Positions 26,745 through 39,600 of a stretch of 64,000 nucleotides of DNA are shown here, piece by piece. Position 1 is the stretch's first letter. Each line of letters opens with the position of its first letter. This DNA is from Amphiscolops sp. MND2022 (taxonomy: Eukaryota). The position numbers and the translations under genes were made by a program. A model generated the notes under the pieces. The model ran no database searches. It saw nothing but the letters and a program-made list of their open reading frames with translations, and was not told the origin of the DNA. The stretch is taken from assembly GCA_964187785.1 (NCBI GenBank), contig OZ076419.1:14260001-14324000 (forward strand). The letters are read 5' to 3'.

Positions 26745-27885
26745 GGAAAACCAGGCGCAGGTAAGAGTCATGTTTCCAGTATATGTCTTCTTTTCGTGAT
26801 ACTGAGCGGTCTAACTTGCTTTGTGACAGGTTTAGAGTCAAGGAGAGCAGCAACAATCAATTGCGAACATTTACATCGTTTGTTTTGTATTGGTACAAAC
26901 ATGGAACTTGGAGTCAAAGATGTGGTCGACAAAGCAGTAAAATAGTTAAATTTCAATCCAAAGAAACGTGCAACGTTACTATCTCGATTTATTAGTGATT
27001 GAAAAAACTGGGTTGATATCTCGAGAGTTGCTAGCAATTGTGGATATGATTCTACGAGTTAAGAGCAATGATGAATGTTTTGGTGGTGTTTTCATTATTT
27101 TAAATGGAGACACAAATCAATTGCCTAATATTGAAGGATCAAAAGGAGCAGAAAATGAGCACAAAACCTATTCAAGAGCAAGACATTCTATAAAATACAA
27201 ATGTAATACCTGAACACTGAATTTTGAGGACGATTGGGCTTCAGTAACAAAGGACAGTGATATAAAAGTGTTCGGAAAAAATGGCAGAGAGAGAAGCTAT
27301 CAGTGCTTATCAGAATCGAATGAAGCAAGGTCAAGGACGTTATTGTGAATTTAAGTCTATCGATGAAACGAGTTCAGCACAATTTTATATGGCAGTCTGC
27401 ATCGAAAAAAGTAATCAAATTTCTGGATATAGAAGTGAATGAGCCTCGTTATTTGGTGCTTAAAAAACATTGCATTTTACGTCTAACTGCTAATATTGAC
27501 ACTTTATGTCAAGGAAATGTTTGCTTCTTAGCAGATCTTGCTGAAACTACAGATTTTTCGATCGCAGTAAACGTTGCTCCTCACGTGGACGCTGTCGCCG
27601 ACACAAACTTGTTTATTAAAAAGATTTTCTAAATTGGCCGCTAAAAAAGAATTAGCCTAGTTGTTGGTTATACTATGTCTATGGAGACTACAACAGTGCG
27701 TAGGACACAACTACCTGTTAATAATTATGTAACCCTGACAATACATAAATTATTGGGAGATACCTTTGGTAAACTGAAATCTCAGATTTCTGTTACTGAG
27801 AGCAAATACAATCTTTGGATGGCATCTCAATTATGTTATTCTTAGCAGAGTAAAAAAACTCAAAAATATCACTTTCGAAGGGACG
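26745..27885 (+). pseudogene. PIF1-family helicase domain of E2
   Basis: Walker A GKPGAGKS at 26745-26768, FGGVFIILNGDTNQLPNI, QLPVNNYVTLTIHKLLGDT, LSRVK; several frameshifts. Confidence 0.88.
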
Positions 27886-28169
27886 AAGATAGTTTGGTGT
27901 TTCATCTGAGAAACTGTACGTTTAAAATGAAAAACAAATTATTTAATTTAAATTCTTAAACATAGCTCATACCTGATATCCAACTTAAATTACTAATTTA
28001 TTTGAAATTAAATCTATTACTGTAATTATTGAAACACCAAACTATTCGGGAAGAGACTTTGTCAGCAATACTTCAAATCCGGCATCATGTTGATAAAAAG
28101 GAACTTGAGGTTCAGGCCAGATTCAAAATGTTAAAACAAATTTAATCGGCACGAGGAACAGTTATTGAT

Positions 28170-28549
28170 TTGACAGATGAAGCAGTTATACCCTTGAGAG
28201 TCGAGGTGCCACAAACAGAAAATGGTTATGTATACTCGTCAGTTAGCCTCGGTGACAGAACGTTTGAAACGAAATGTTTTACAAAAGAAATCTACCTAAA
28301 ACTCTGGGACGTAACAACTCAGATTCCGACATTTCAAAAACCAATAAAAAAGACATGAGGCCGTGGTCACTAGCGGCTTTTGTTTTCAACTTTCAAGATG
28401 ATGAAACGAGGATAACATATAGAAACGAGCTCGCTAGTATTACAAATTCTTCTCTTCATTATAAAGTTTGCAATGATTACATGAAGCGGTTATATACACG
28501 TTCGCCTTACGAACAAACAACATTCTGTTGCTGCAATCGGAACAGCTAA
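28170..28549 (+). pseudogene. GIY-YIG domain remnant of E2
   Basis: IPLRVEVPQTENGYVYSSVSLGD aligns with E3 VPVRVTIPEVVNGFVYVLVSLKD; MRPWSLAAFVFNF aligns with E3 RPWSLDAFAYSF. The YIG strand is decayed. Confidence 0.65.
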
Positions 28550-29249
28550 AGAGATACACGGTAATGATGACAACATAGATGTTTAACTTTAAAAACAAAA
28601 GTTTTCAAAGGTTAAAAAAATTTTTTGTTTTCAAATGTAAATGTACAGACATTTCTGTAAATGTAAATTGTCATGTACAGACATTCCAGATTTCTCAAAC
28701 ATCTTTCTTTGAACATTAATCAGTGAATTTGAGGTACAGATTTCGAAGTGAATATTATATAAATTCAAGATTGTTGTCATTATTGTGAGGCAAGTATGCC
28801 TTCCAAAGGGAAATCCATTATATCTACATTCATCTCTGATAATGATCATATTATATATAAATAATCTTTAAGGGTTATACAATCTTGTTGATTTAAATTA
28901 CAGTATCAATACATGTTTTTCTCATTGTTTCTCAATGAAGTTTTTTGTATGGAATAGCAACATTTTATTATTCAATTTTTTATTAATCAATCAAAATATG
29001 AAGGATCATTGATTAATAGCTTTATCTTAAACATATCTTTTTATTAAGTTTACTGATTGTAAATTCCTTCAAATAAATGAAAATTTCGATATATAAATAA
29101 CTCTTTAGATAAATAAATAAATAAATATATACTTTTACGTAAACACTTAATTCGTCATGATTACTCAAGCAGTAATTTTCTGCCTCTTCAAACTACCCGA
29201 ACATTTCGATAATGGTTTCACGTTTTTCAGAACATTGCAAGTAAACAAA

Positions 29250-29913
29250 ATGACAAGAGTGCTAATTATTGGTGATAGCCACCTCAAAAGGATCAACCAT
29301 GAATTGCTGGAGTATCATGTATCTGTTTGTGCAAGGGAGGTCTAAATGTATCAGAATTGAACGAACAACTTTTTATTCAGGAATATGACATTTCCTTTTT
29401 ATTCGTCGGAGGAAACGACATTCCTTTCCACACTTTCTATAACCCAGAACCTAAAACCGTTGACGCTACAGCTAACAAACTCATCCGTTGTCAAACTGTT
29501 TTTTCTTACAATGGAAATTGAATTTTTAAACTATGTTTCCATCTGTTTGAGATGCTTCAAATGCTGATCGTTTTTTCACAGCTCATACAATTATATAACT
29601 TATCCAGTTCAAAGAAAATGTGTTTTTGGAAAACAGTTTGACAACTATTAGAGGCTTGACACAAGGTTGCAATTCGCTCCCTGGTAAACAAGGCTACACT
29701 TTTGGAGTTATGCCACGGAAGACCTCTCCTGGAGTACCTAAACTTAACGAAACACCTAAAGAAAGATTGAACAATGACTTCATCCCCACTGCCCACCTTA
29801 TTAGGAATTGCTATTTGAGTAAAGACCGAGTGCATCTACGTCCAGCTGCGTATTATCACCTGGTCAAAACAATCAATAAAACCTTAACAGATATTCTCTC
29901 TCACAATCGCTGA
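29250..29913 (+). pseudogene. SGNH/GDSL hydrolase pseudogene 1
   Basis: MTRVLIIGDSHLK (block I GDS), frameshift to KGGL (block II), LFVGGND (block III), GVMPRK, SKDRVHL (block V). Acceptor-like tttttcag 19 nt before the ATG. Confidence 0.85.
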
Positions 29914-30836
29914 AATTACATACTATTTAATCCCCATAGTTTGTTTTCATTCATTCGAATGAGTTATCATAGTCTTATATTATAAACATAACGTTTAACT
30001 GTTCGCGCGAGTTGTTTGAACATATCTTCTCAACTGCAGAAATTTTTTTAGCTACTAGAAGATTGGTTCAAGTTTAATGACAGACAGAAAATTGAAAATA
30101 GATCGCATCGTTTTGGAAAATATTTATTGTCAACTTTCCTGAATTCCAGCAACTTTATTGAGCGATTCATTTTTTAAAAAATTTATGCTACCAGGACTGA
30201 TCAATATTTTCATATACTTTCACGGAGTTCTACAGTTTATTTAAATACTGGCACTAAAAATTACCAGGCAAAAATGACTTCATCGATATTTTGAAGTCAA
30301 TAAGGTTCAATATTGTTTTTTTTCTCAAATCCGTTTTTCTTGATGGTGAAACATTGCAAACATTTTTTATCGATGCCAGAATAGCCTGTGTAGAAGGTTT
30401 TTTGTTTTCCAATGTTTCAATGTTCATTTCAACAATTCACATCTGCAATTCATTCATTTCGCTATCTAGCCGAGTTTAATAATTTTCACGTTTTCTAGAT
30501 ACACTAATGTTACTTCTATGTCAGTAATATGGGCAAAAAAAGTTAGTTGTTTGTTCCATTTTGTCTAATAAGGTATCAAAAAATCATTGCAAACGTAGGT
30601 TGGTATACTTCAGAGAAGAGTCGTTACCAAATGTGGCGTTTGTGGCCGCTTTGTGTCATCTAATTAGTTGTTCTGTGTTTGCACCAACCAGAAACTCCTC
30701 CAGTTGTAACTTCACTAAAGCACTTTAGCATAATATGATCGGATAGGGCTTCAAATTTTAAAAGTCTTTTGTTCCGTTAAAGATCCAGAATAATGACACT
30801 GATCACCCCGCGGATAATAGGAATAATAGGTTGGTA

Positions 30837-33800
30837 GAATTCCAACATTATGATTGGTAGCAGAAGCATGATCGACTAAATTAGGTCACTGTACTGCTCA
30901 AAATTGCGAGTTGAGAAACCACTCTGGTATTTATCAAGTTAACCTTATAAACCATTTCTTTTGATTACATTGAACAAGTTAGATTTGTGTTGATAACTCC
31001 TTTGCTCATGAAATGAGTTATTGACTAGAAACTTGTAGCTATAAGGAATTCTTTGGGTAATACCTTTTTCACAATTTTCCAGTTTATTCATTTTTAAACA
31101 AAATGTTATTTTTCATATGTCCATTTTTTGCATATACCCGAAATACATAGAATTAACGAATGTGGTACTGATGTTATGAAGCAACTGCTTCAATCATTGT
31201 ATGTTCGTTTTAAGCAAACAAACTTCGCCTTTTCCATCACCTCCTTTTTTTAAGAACACGTAGACGGTTCTTTTCCATCAATTGCAAGTCCGGTTGTCTT
31301 TCGATTGTTTCGGAGAAGCCTTCGTCATTGCGGGTATCACAACGTGCTCAATATTCACTACCTTTCTTGTTTAAGCCCTTAATCCGACAGCAAGTTGCTC
31401 CACGCATCTTCCGTCAAACGATGATCACGCGTCGAGTTTGCGCGAGACCATTTCCAACTACATGACGCATGCCGACTCACAGTCGCGTCTGCCTACACCA
31501 GGTCCATCTTTCATCCCCATTCCTAACGTCTACCAATCCCCTCCTCCGAACTGTCACGATGATCACCTCAACATGCAAAAGAAGTTAAAGATGCATTTGG
31601 TCACTGTAATTGGCGATGTTCTGAGTATTCACGATGCGTCTTTAACTGGCGAAACTTGTGATAAACGTCTGCGAACGTCCCCTCTGTCTCACAAGTTTTT
31701 GATCCCTAAACACTGTCAAAAAAAAACAAAAAAATTTGTCACAAGCTCAACCTAAGCACTTCGCTTAAACTCTGACTCTGCTGCAAAGACTAAATAATCA
31801 GTGACAATAGATAGTTCAAAAATGCCTGGCCCAGTGTATTGTCAATTTATTGGGTCAACGAAGACGAGGACGAAGCTTTAATTGAGAAAATTTTATCACT
31901 GTTACCATAATCAGTTGTCGAGCTTTTCTGTCGAACCACGGAGAAATTCAGCACAAACTTCAAAAACGTTTCACAACGTTGCCGTGTGATAGTGGCGGAT
32001 AGAACGATTGACAGAAAATTGATTCTTCAAACAAAAAAAATTGACTGGTGCAGATATGGAACGAAATTTTAACGCGATACCTTTGCCTGATGTTATTTGC
32101 CCATGAGGCTGCTGGGAGTTCATCGAAAAATGTCAAACTATATCTTTTGAGAATTTCATAGCTAAAATAGATCCTCAGTTTCGAAAATTTGCTTTCGATG
32201 AATACGATTTGGTAGGCATTTGTCCCAATTACCCTGAAAGATTCAAATTACTTGGAAAGATTGACATCAAACCTACCATAATTCTCAACGATGATGGAAG
32301 TCTGTCTTGCCTCACGTGTTTAAAACATTCTGGTGAATCCCTTCAATATGTACATCCCCCGAAGCCCCCTAGTTAGTAGTGTTTCTCCTAACAAGCCGGA
32401 ACGGCTAGCCTATACACAACAACAGATAAACATTGTGAAGACTGGGAAACCCAAATTCAATTCCATTCCAGCCACCTTATTGAAGAAAGAGGTAGTTACA
32501 CTGGCATTAGTAGCAGCACGCTTCAGTTCCCAACATTTTTTGGAAAATTCAACACTCCTAACAGATTTATTCGAGCACGTTAGTTCCAAAGGAAGATCCG
32601 ATGTATACCCTCTTGTGGATTATTTTTTTAAAAAACAACATCGTAGACCAAAACTTAGCAGAATTCCTTTTTAACAGCAATTTGAAACTGACACAAGATG
32701 AGATTTTAGCTGCAATCGCCAACACAATATTTCAATGTACGATGCCTTCAGAATGCAAAATCAAATGAATTCCAACATTATGATTGGCAGCAGAAGCATG
32801 ATCGACTAAATTAGGTCACTGTACTGCTCAAAATTGCGAGTTGAGAAACCACTCTGGTATTTATCAAGTTAACTTTATAAACCATTTCTTTTGATTACAT
32901 TGAACAAGTTAGATTTGAGTTGATAACTCCTTTGCTCATGAAATGAGTTATTGACTAGAAACTTGTAGCTATAAGGAATTCTTTGGGTAAAACCTTTTTC
33001 ACAATTTTCCAGTTTATTCATTTTTTATACAAAATGTTATTTTTCATATGTCCATTTTTTGCATATACCCGAAATACATAGAATTAACGAATGTGGTACT
33101 GATGTTACGAAGCAACTGCTTCAATCATTGTATGTTCGTTTTAAGCAAACAAACTTCGCCTTTTCCATCACCTCCTTTTTTTAAGAACACGTAGACGGTT
33201 CTTTTCCATCAATTGCAAGTCCGGTTGTCTTTCGATTGTTTCGGAGAAGCCTTCGTCATTGCGGGTATCACAACGTGCTCAATATTCACTACCTTTCTTG
33301 TTTAAGCCCTTAATCCGACAGCAAGTTGCTCCACGCATCTTCCGTCAAACGATGATCACGCGTCGAACTTGCGCGAGACCATTTCCAACTACATGACGCA
33401 TGCCGACTCACAGTCGCGTCTGCCTACACCAGGTCCATCTTTCATCCCCATTCCTAACGTCTACCAATCCCCTCCTCCGAACTGTCACGATGATCACCTC
33501 AACATGCAAAAGAAGTTAAAGATGCATTTGGTCACTGTAATTGGCGATGTTCTGAGTATTCACGATGCGTCTTTAACTGGCGAAACTTGTGATAAACGTC
33601 TGCGAACGTCCCCTCTGTCTCACAAGTTTTTGATCCCTAAACACTGTCAAAAAAAACAAAAAAAATTGTCACAAGCTCAACCTAAGCACTTCGCTTAAAC
33701 TCTGACTCTGCTGCAAAGACTAAATAATCAGTGACAATAGATAGTTCAAAAATGCCTGGCCCAGTGTATTGTCAACTTATTGGGTCAACGAAGACGAGGA

Positions 33801-36645
33801 CGAAGCTTTAATTGAGAAAATTTTATCACTGTTACCATAATCAGTTGTCGAGCTTTTCTGTCGAACCACGGAGAAATTCAGCACAAACTTCAAAAACGTT
33901 TCACAACGTTGCCGTGTGATAGTGGCGGATAGAACGATTGACAGAAAATTGATTCTTCAAACAAAAAAAAATTGACTGGTGCAGATATGGAACGAAATTT
34001 TAACGCGATACCTTTGCCTGATGTTATTTGCCCATGAGGCTGCTGGGAGTTCATCGAAAAATGTCAAACTATATCTTTTGAGAATTTCATAGCTAAAATA
34101 GATCCTCAGTTTCGAAAATTTGCTTTCGATGAATACGATTTGGTAGGCATTTGTCCCAATTACCCTGAAAGATTCAAATTACTTGGAAAGATTGACATCA
34201 AACCTACCATAATTCTCAACGATGATGGAAGTCTGTCTTGCCTCACGTGTTTAAAACATTCTGGTGAATCCCTTCAATATGTACATCCCCCCGAAGCCCC
34301 CTAGTTAGTAGTGTTTCTCCTAACAAGCCGGAACGGCTAGCCTATACACAACAACAGATAAACATTGTGAAGACTGGGAAACCCAAATTCAATTCCATTC
34401 CAGCCACCATATTGAAGAAAGAGGTAGTTACACTGGCATTAGTAGCAGCACGCTTCAGTTCCCAACATTTTTTGGAAAATTCAACACTCCTAACAGATTC
34501 ATTCGAGCACGTTAGTTCCAAAGGAAGATCCGATGTATACCCTCTTGTGGATTACTTTTTTAAAAAACAACATCGTAGACCAAAACTTAGCAGAATTCCT
34601 TTTTAACAGCAATTTGAAACTGACACAAGATGAGATTTTAGCTGCAATCGCCAACACAATATTTCAATGTACGATGCCTTCAGAATGCAAAATCAAATGA
34701 ATTCCAACATTATGATTGGTAGCAGAAGCATGATCGACTAAATTAGGTCACTGTACTGCTCAAAATTGCGAGTTGAGAAACCACTCTGGTATTTATCAAG
34801 TTAACTTTATAAACCATTTCTTTTGATTACATTGAACAAGTTAGATTTGAGTTGATAACTCCTTTGCTCATGAAATGAGTTATTGACTAGAAACTTGTAG
34901 CTATAAGGAATTCTTTGGGTAAAACCTTTTTCACAATTTTCCAGTTTATTCATTTTTTATACAAAATGTTATTTTTCATATGTCCATTTTTTGCATATAC
35001 CCGAAATACATAGAATTAACGAATGTGGTACTGATGTTACGAAGCAACTGCTTCAATCATTGTATGTTCGTTTTAAGCAAACAAACTTCGCCTTTTTCAT
35101 CACCTCCTTTTTTTAAGAACACGTAGACGGTTCTTTTCCATCAATTGCAAGTCCGGTTGTCTTTCGATTGTTTCGGAGAAGCCTTCGTCATTGCGTGTAT
35201 CACAATGTGCTCAATATTCACTACCTTTCTTTTTTAAGCCCTTAATCCGACAGCAAGTTGCTCCACGCATCTTCCGTCAAACGATGATCACGCGTCGAAC
35301 TTGCGCGAGACCATTTCCAACTACATGACGCATGCCGACTCACAGTCGCGTCTGCCTACACCAGGTCCATCTTTCATCCCCATTCCTAACGTCTACCAAT
35401 CCCCTCCTCCGAACTGTCACGATGATCACCTCAACATGCAAAAGAAGTTAAAGATGCATTTGGTCACTGTAATTGGCGATGTTCTGAGTATTCACGATGC
35501 GTCTTTAACTGGCGAAACTTGTGATAAATGTCTGCGAACGTCCCCTCTGTCTCACAAGTTTTTGATCCCTAAACACTGTCAAAAAAAAACAAAAAAATTT
35601 GTCACAAGCTCAACCTAAGCACTTCGCTTAAACTCTGACTCTGCTGCAAAGACTAAATAATCAGTGACAATAGATAGTTCAAAAATGCCTGGCCCAGTGT
35701 ATTGTCAACTTATTGGGTCAACGAAGACGAGGACGAAGCTTTAATTGAGAAAATTTTATCACTGTTACCATAATCAGTTGTCGAGCTTTTCTGTCGAACC
35801 ACGGAGAAATTCAGCACAAACTTCAAAAACGTTTCACAACGTTGCCGTGTGATAGTGGCGGATAGAACGATTGACAGAAAATTGATTCTTCAAACAAAAA
35901 AAAAGAATTGACTGGTGCAGATATGGAACGAAATTTTAACGCGATACCTTTGCCTGATGTTGTTTGCCCATGAGGCTGCTGGGAGTTCATCGAAAAATGT
36001 CAAACTATATCTTTTGAGAATTTCATAGCTAAAATAAATCCTCAGTTTCGAAAATTTGCTTTCGATGAATACGATTTGGTAGGCATTTGTCCCAATTACC
36101 CTGAAGGATTCAAATTACTTGGAAAGATTGACATCAAACCTGCCACAATTCTCAACGATGATGGAAGTCTTACTTGCCTCACGTGTTTAAAACATTCTGG
36201 TGAATCCCTTCGATATGTACAATGCCCCCCGAAGCCCCCTAGTTAGTAGTGTTTCTCCTAACAAGCCGGAACGGCTAGCCTATACACAACAACAGATAAA
36301 CATTGTGAAGACTGGGAAACCCAAATTCAATTCCCATTCCAGCCACCTTATTGAAGAAAGAGGTAGTTACACTGGCATTAGTAGCAGCACGCTTCAGTTC
36401 CCAACATTTTTTGGAAAATTCAACACTCCTAACAGATTTATTCGAGCACGTTAGTTCCAAAGGAAGATCCGATGTATACCCTCTTGTGGATTATTTTTTT
36501 AAAAAACAACATCGTAGACCAAAACTTAGCAGAATTCCTTTTTAACAGCAATTTGAAACTGACACAAGATGAGATTTTAGCTGCAATCGCCAACACAATA
36601 TTTCAATGTACCAGGCCTTCAGAATGCAAAATCAAATGAATTCCA
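30837..36645 (+). repeat. Tandem triplication of the 1.93-kb unit, copy B
   Basis: GAATTCCA at 30837, 32767, 34699 and 36638. Unit-specific variants (TDSFEH in unit 2, TCDKCLRT in unit 3) match copy A. Confidence 0.97.
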
Positions 36646-39600
36646 GTCAGGATAAGGAAGTGTTTCAAATGCCTGTCCCCATTTTTGCCCACCAGCTGCA
36701 TGGTGTGTCACAACATGGATTCAGGCCACAACGACAATTCAGTAACACAAACGAATGTCTCTCTGTTCTGAAGGCTTATCACGTTTCTCACCATCTTTCC
36801 TTTCAACTTTGCGTCAGTCGAGCAATGATGAGATTTGTCGTTTGTCCAAAACTTTTGCTAACCTCGTGACTGCGTCTAGTAGATTTGCTACGACAAACCA
36901 AATTGACCAACTCTTCAGTTTTTGAAAACTTCAGCGTTCACTTCGTTCTCGATGCCACTTCGCTAAGGTTCAAGCATGAGTTTGTGAAAATCTTGAATGT
37001 TCCTGCTGTCACACTACCAACCCGTTCCTTCAACGAAATCTCAACGCCAGCCAGCGCTAGTGACATGATCTTCGTTTTTGCTCCATCGCGAGCGGAACGT
37101 GATGCAAACATACCACCTGACACCATTTTCTGTAACTCATACGTAAACCAACTAGTTTTTTGAGCAAAAACTTCACGAAAGCTGAGTTTTACTGCCGTCA
37201 TTTCAGAACTAACTCTGCTTGGTTCGATTCTTTTACGTGAGATAAGCGTTTAACCAAAACTACCTTTGCAAAGTTTTATGATTTCGCTAGCAAAGGACGT
37301 GGGATTTTGCTGTTCATGAAAAACTGCAAACTTCAGATAACAAACAGATGTTGAACACTTTTTTTTAACCAGTGTTAGTGGTCAGAACATTGCCCCCTGT
37401 TCAAACCACGAGTTTGCTGATTCAAAAAAACCCTTTAGATCCTCTGACTTGCTTCGACCGCTCTTGTAATAACAAAGCCAAATAGGTTTGTCCTAAAGTA
37501 GATTGTACAAGCGGAGTGTGTAAAAAACACAGTGAACAAATGATCGACGATTCAAACAATTGTGCCATCACTAGTGAAAAAACACGGTTTGTTTAACAAT
37601 TCGCCGAACATATCGACAATCCAAGTGATTCAGTAACAGACAACGAAACTGTCATGAAAGGGCATAATCTTTCTTCAAGTGAATTAGAGATAATTTTTGA
37701 ACCCGATGACTACTTGACAAGGTCCATTGATTCAAACAACCCAGCGATTCCTATTTCTTCAAGTGCTGGTGTTCCTTCAGTTACGTATCAGTTAACCACA
37801 ACCATCAAGTACTTAAGAAAGTTCTTTTGAACAATTTTTTGAACATACTTCAAAGAACCAAAGCACCCCTCTGGACAACGAATGCGCACACAAATTTCAT
37901 ACAAAGCATCGTTAGTCGAATACCGAACACGTCCGTGCCCCTTCTTTACCCAGAATCACTTTTATTCCTTGGCATTTTTTGGAAACAATAATAAGATGGT
38001 TGTTTCCCAGGCGCTATACCGTCTTTCTTACTGCAATCAGACAAATTGAACAGAAAATTGGGCTTCGCGACAGTAACCAACCACCTTTGGAGTAGATTGA
38101 CAAATGGCGCACTCTTAAAATCATCCAGTTTGGGCTATGCAAGTTTGGCGTTTGATATAAAAATGATTCAAGAGCTCAATAAGTCCCACAGTAACCTCAT
38201 TGTTTTCAAACGAGGATTCGAGGATTACCTCCGAGATGACGAAGCTCTCAAAATGCCCAGCTGCGCAATCAAGTGAGACGGACTTGATAGCTCGAAAAGA
38301 GTACAGGAGGTTGCAGCCGAATGTGCAGAAGAAAGCCCGCATTACTTTTTTACTTACTTGTTCAATGGCAGGGCATTTTGGTATCCGACCTCTTTTTGAA
38401 GCAATAAACAAAACGTATGCTTGCGAGAACAAGGACGTGTATGAAGCAGTTGTCCAAAGTTTCATGGAATTGTTTGTTGAAAGGCCATTGGGTCAAGTTT
38501 CACGCATTTGGTGGCGATACGAAGTTCAAACGAGTCAAAGTAACTTGGCTCATATCCACTACTTACTTTGGGTCAATGAACTGAAATCGTCAGAGTCCTT
38601 CCAGAATCGAGTTGTGCTTAAAAAGTGCCAACTTTTGCTCTCTTGAAGACACTTTCCTAAAGACAGTAGGCCTTGTTAGAGAAACTGACCATGCTTTCAG
38701 TTTTTATAAAGATGCCGTAAATATACATTACCACTCTTGCGCAGCAACAAACTTCAGATGCCATAAGAGAACAGACGAAAAAGGACAAAGCTATTGCCGC
38801 TACCCTACTTACCCAACAATCTCACAGTATCATTTGGAAGAAGTGGACGTCAACCACTCCGAAAGGTTTCCATGTTCTGTCACTATGCCTACTCGCAAAT
38901 GAAAAGATCGGGTACAGCAACACGATGTGTGTCACAGACGACCTGAAAGCTGGGCAATGGCTATACCCCAGTCAAAGAAATCAAAACGTAACAGCGATGA
39001 ATTCTCACATTTTCGTACTGACAGAGACTCAAAACAACCTTTTAATCTGCGAGAAGTATCTCTCGGCAAGATATATCGCAAAATATGCTGCTGGAGTAGA
39101 AGAGAAAGCAAACGTTTTAATTAGCGCTGCCAAACACGAAAACACGCTACAAGTTGACGTTGGAGAAATACATAATAGCAAAATTGCCAGCGTCCAACAT
39201 CGTTTACAACGCGAACAAGAAAATCGGAGAAAAAGTTTCTGCCAAGCCAAACACATCTGCATTACTGAATGTTACTCGCACCTTTTCGATCTTCCTTTTG
39301 TAAAATCATCCTTCAGCAGTGTCTGCATCAACACGAACGAAATGGAATGCAAGCCTGGTCCTAAACTAGCAACGCAAAGTAGAACTTTGTATCCCACAAT
39401 CAACGGCAGGCACACGGACATCGAATTTGATAAACATTCGCGACACTCTTCCCTTTTGGCGTTAGTTCACGGGAAGTCAAAAGGCTACAATACAACTACA
39501 CCTCGAAAGTAGCATTTCTGTTTGCAATATTACAGCTTACAGTTGTAGACCACCAGAACTGCTTTCCCTTCGAAATCCCAAAGATTATTTCTAGCTAATA

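Larger units (their letters stand above)
20331..28549 (+). mobile_element. E2: second, strongly diverged, decayed Rep-helicase-GIY-YIG element
   Basis: Acidic N-terminus from ATG 20331; WKYSWPSVLYT; CPVGCS...HCDRLAPL; zinc finger CQRKSAFRCPIKICETCICKFH (about 22645-22712); two Rep cores; helicase; GIY-YIG with RPW. Heavily frameshifted, AT-richer than E1 and E3. Confidence 0.85.
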
